Source of the DNA: a virus | Lineage: Duplodnaviria > Caudoviricetes | Virus record (IMG/VR): IMGVR_UViG_3300037183_000093 | Location: 1-47,710 of that record | Reading direction: 5' to 3' (one strand) | DNA length: 47,710 bases | Shown: piece by piece, positions 45,925 to 47,710 of the stretch | How positions within the stretch are numbered: the first letter of the stretch is position 1 | How the letters are laid out: each line of letters opens with the position of its first letter | Translations under genes and position numbers: made by a program | Notes under the pieces: model-generated | Databases searched by the model: none | What the model was told of the DNA's origin: nothing | The model's input: only the letters and a program-made list of their open reading frames with translations

Positions 45925-46137
45925 TTAGCGGGGTTGATGTGCGGGGGTGGCGGACGGGATGGGGAACGGCGGCCGGCTGTTCATGCCGCGCCGGGTGCCG
46001 TAGTAGGCCTGGTGGCGCCGGGCGCGGTAGGCCTGGGCCTCCCCGATCTGGAACACGATGGCCTGGTAGTCTTCAGCGGTGATGGGCTGGGGCACGACGA
46101 TGCGGGGAGTGGTAGCGGGGGAGAAGGTTTCTTTCAT
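45925..46137 (-). CDS. Hypothetical protein
   Basis: 70 aa; preceded by CTTTACA...GCTATG (degenerate promoter copy C). Confidence 0.55.
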   Translation of the reverse strand: MKETFSPATTPRIVVPQPITAEDYQAIVFQIGEAQAYRARRHQAYYGTRRGMNSRPPFPIPSATPAHQPR

Positions 46138-46178
46138 AGCGTCCTCAGTGAAACCCTTTTGGCCCTTGGTGTAAAGAA

Positions 46179-46619
46179 CTATTTTCGTTCTCCGAAGAAC
46201 TCACTGATGGGTCGCCACTTGCAACGTCCTTCATCATACCATTCACAGTCAGCACGCACGTCGGCGTAGAGGTTGACGATGAAGCGTTCCGCCCAGGGGT
46301 GATCCAACGGCAGCCACTGTGCATTGAGCGGCAGTTCCATGAAGACACTCTGCGCGTAGAAACCCCCATCCTTGCGCGCCGGGCGGCTGTGCCAATTCCA
46401 CAGGAGCGCCTCACGAAAGGCTTCCGGCTCGGGCAGTGTGCGCCAAAACAGGCCCAGTATGCGGCGCTGCACCCGGCGCAGGCAGGTGATGTTGTCCAGC
46501 TGCAGACGCAGCGTGTGCAGGGCAGTGCGCTTGATGCCGATGGTGCGCCACCGGTCACATCGCAGGTGATAGAAATCCGTGGGGGTGAGGGCAGGGACAG
46601 GGCGTGGGTTGTGGATCAT
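46179..46619 (-). CDS. Hypothetical Trp/Arg-rich protein
   Basis: 146 aa; ATGA-coupled to the upstream micro-ORF. Confidence 0.55.
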   Translation of the reverse strand: MIHNPRPVPALTPTDFYHLRCDRWRTIGIKRTALHTLRLQLDNITCLRRVQRRILGLFWRTLPEPEAFREALLWNWHSRPARKDGGFYAQSVFMELPLNAQWLPLDHPWAERFIVNLYADVRADCEWYDEGRCKWRPISEFFGERK

Positions 46620-46675
46620 GTAGAATTGGCTAGGTCTAAGAGTTGCAGAGCGCGCTCGGCGTCTTCCGGAGTCAT
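46616..46675 (-). CDS. 19-aa micro-ORF (MTPEDAERALQLLDLANST)
   Basis: Exactly bridges the flanking genes with ATGA overlaps at both ends. Confidence 0.4.
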   Translation of the reverse strand: MTPEDAERALQLLDLANST

Positions 46676-46932
46676 AACATGTCCTCAGGGTTGTCGAGCG
46701 GGGTGGGGTCTGGTTCGCACTGCGAGAGCAGAAAGTACAAGGCCAGAGCGCGCTGCGCCGGCGTGTAGTCGGCCGGATCCTCGCTGCCCACAGGCAACCT
46801 GGGATGCGCCGCCTCGTACTCGCGCTCGAGTGCGTCGTACGCCTGGTCGCTGAGAAATGGCAGGTGTCGCACGTAGTAGGCGAAGCGCGCAGCCATCAGC
46901 AGATCAGCGTCGTAGCGGTCCGTGGCAGTCAT
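46672..46932 (-). CDS. Stand-alone NAD-dependent DNA ligase domain Ia-like protein
   Basis: AYYVRHLPFLSDQAYDALERE...PVG resembles LigA YY...ISD.EYD.L..EL...VG; no adenylation domain. Confidence 0.6.
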   Translation of the reverse strand: MTATDRYDADLLMAARFAYYVRHLPFLSDQAYDALEREYEAAHPRLPVGSEDPADYTPAQRALALYFLLSQCEPDPTPLDNPEDML

Positions 46933-47030
46933 AGCTTGCGAATCAGAAACGCGCAGACCAGGAAGACGAGTGCCACGGGCGGAAACGTCACCAGTAGCAC
47001 CAGGAAGGTAAGCACGATGAGGGCCTTCAC
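46929..47030 (-). CDS. 33-aa hydrophobic micro-protein (MKALIVLTFLVLLVTFPPVALVFLVCAFLIRKL)
   Basis: GTGA and ATGA overlaps on both sides. Confidence 0.5.
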   Translation of the reverse strand: MKALIVLTFLVLLVTFPPVALVFLVCAFLIRKL

Positions 47031-47200
47031 GGGCGGGGAGGTTCAATGAACGCCAGGCAGGCCAGCAGGGCAAAGACACAGCCCCAGCAGATGCAGAACA
47101 CGACGCTGGCGCCACTCTTGGTGACACCGGCCAGAGCGAAGAACGAGCCGGCCACCAAGGCCAGCACGGCGAGACGGATGATTTGATTTATGCTGTTCAT
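47027..47200 (-). CDS. 57-aa two-helix membrane protein
   Basis: MNSINQIIRLAVLALVAGSFFALAG...VVFCICWGCVFALLACLAFI; ATGA overlap with the NUDIX stop. Confidence 0.55.
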   Translation of the reverse strand: MNSINQIIRLAVLALVAGSFFALAGVTKSGASVVFCICWGCVFALLACLAFIEPPRP

Positions 47201-47661
47201 GAGGATTCAACCACGGTAGCGTGGTAGATTGTGGGGTTGGCGGCCATGGGCACAAGCCAGGCCAGGTTGGGAACGATGTGGTGGTATTGTCTGAAGAGAT
47301 TTTTCCACGGTAGGCACACCACTTCCTCATCTGTGGTGGTGTGTGGGCGCGGTCCTGCTAAGGTCAACTCTGCCAGTTGTGTGCGGTAGAAGTGCACGAC
47401 GTAGCGACTGCCACGGATGACGCAGAACTCCTCCCAGCCGGCGGCATGGTATCCGGTCTCCTCCACGAACTCGCGCTCCATGGCAACGGCCGGCGCCTCG
47501 CCTGGCTCGACGTGGCCACCGATGCCGTTGAGCCGGCCCGCCTGCCACGCGGGCCGGGCCTTGCGGATGAGGAAGACGCCGTCGCCGCAGAAGGCAAAGC
47601 CGACAACGTAGCGGGTCAGGTTGGGGTCAGGGCGCAGGGGACTGTCAGGGGTGGTGGTCAT
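47197..47661 (-). CDS. NUDIX hydrolase
   Basis: Nudix box GGHVEPGEAPAVAMEREFVEETG. Confidence 0.9.
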   Translation of the reverse strand: MTTTPDSPLRPDPNLTRYVVGFAFCGDGVFLIRKARPAWQAGRLNGIGGHVEPGEAPAVAMEREFVEETGYHAAGWEEFCVIRGSRYVVHFYRTQLAELTLAGPRPHTTTDEEVVCLPWKNLFRQYHHIVPNLAWLVPMAANPTIYHATVVESS

Positions 47662-47710
47662 TGGTAGGTACTTACCCCGTTTATCTCGCGGGACTTGCAG
47701 GGGTATAGTG
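47560..47710. repeat. Direct terminal repeat (right copy)
   Basis: Matches 1-151 with one mismatch. Confidence 0.95.

Noticed and set aside
1-47710. Lysogeny module (integrase, repressor, att, ParA)
   Set aside because: No recombinase, CI-like or ParA motifs recognised in any ORF.

Overview
The window is essentially one complete, circularly permuted, GC-rich tailed-phage genome of about 47,559 bp; positions 1-151 recur at 47560-47710 with one mismatch. It has siphovirus-type architecture reminiscent of YuA/M6-like phages. The + strand (5966-31779) carries packaging, head, tail and putative lysis/envelope genes. The - strand carries replication genes (family A polymerase, SSB, Cas4-like exonuclease, VRR-NUC, SNF2 helicase, primase-helicase), accessory genes and a nucleotide/DNA-modification cassette (31769-36112). 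The cassette is the most striking feature. It combines an Asn-type (dUMP-specific) thymidylate-synthase-like hydroxymethylase, an aGPT-Pplase1-family protein, a HAD phosphatase, an HD hydrolase and a T4 beta-glucosyltransferase-like GT-B enzyme, with no recognisable 5-hmdU DNA kinase. This suggests a glycosylated hydroxymethyluracil (base J-like) or otherwise non-canonical thymidine hypermodification pathway. Other notable signals: a shared C-terminal (G/A/P)E(E/D)(L/M/A)L tail on six early proteins, a highly structured ~300-nt intergenic element, a 40-unit Cxx repeat protein, a near-identical SD-less leader on the capsid and tail tube genes, a GGACCG repeat/palindrome locus (ori or packaging site), a repeated early promoter-like motif, and a lipoprotein cluster with no recognisable endolysin. 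No integrase, tRNA or CRISPR array was seen. All family assignments are by motif recognition from memory; no searches were run.
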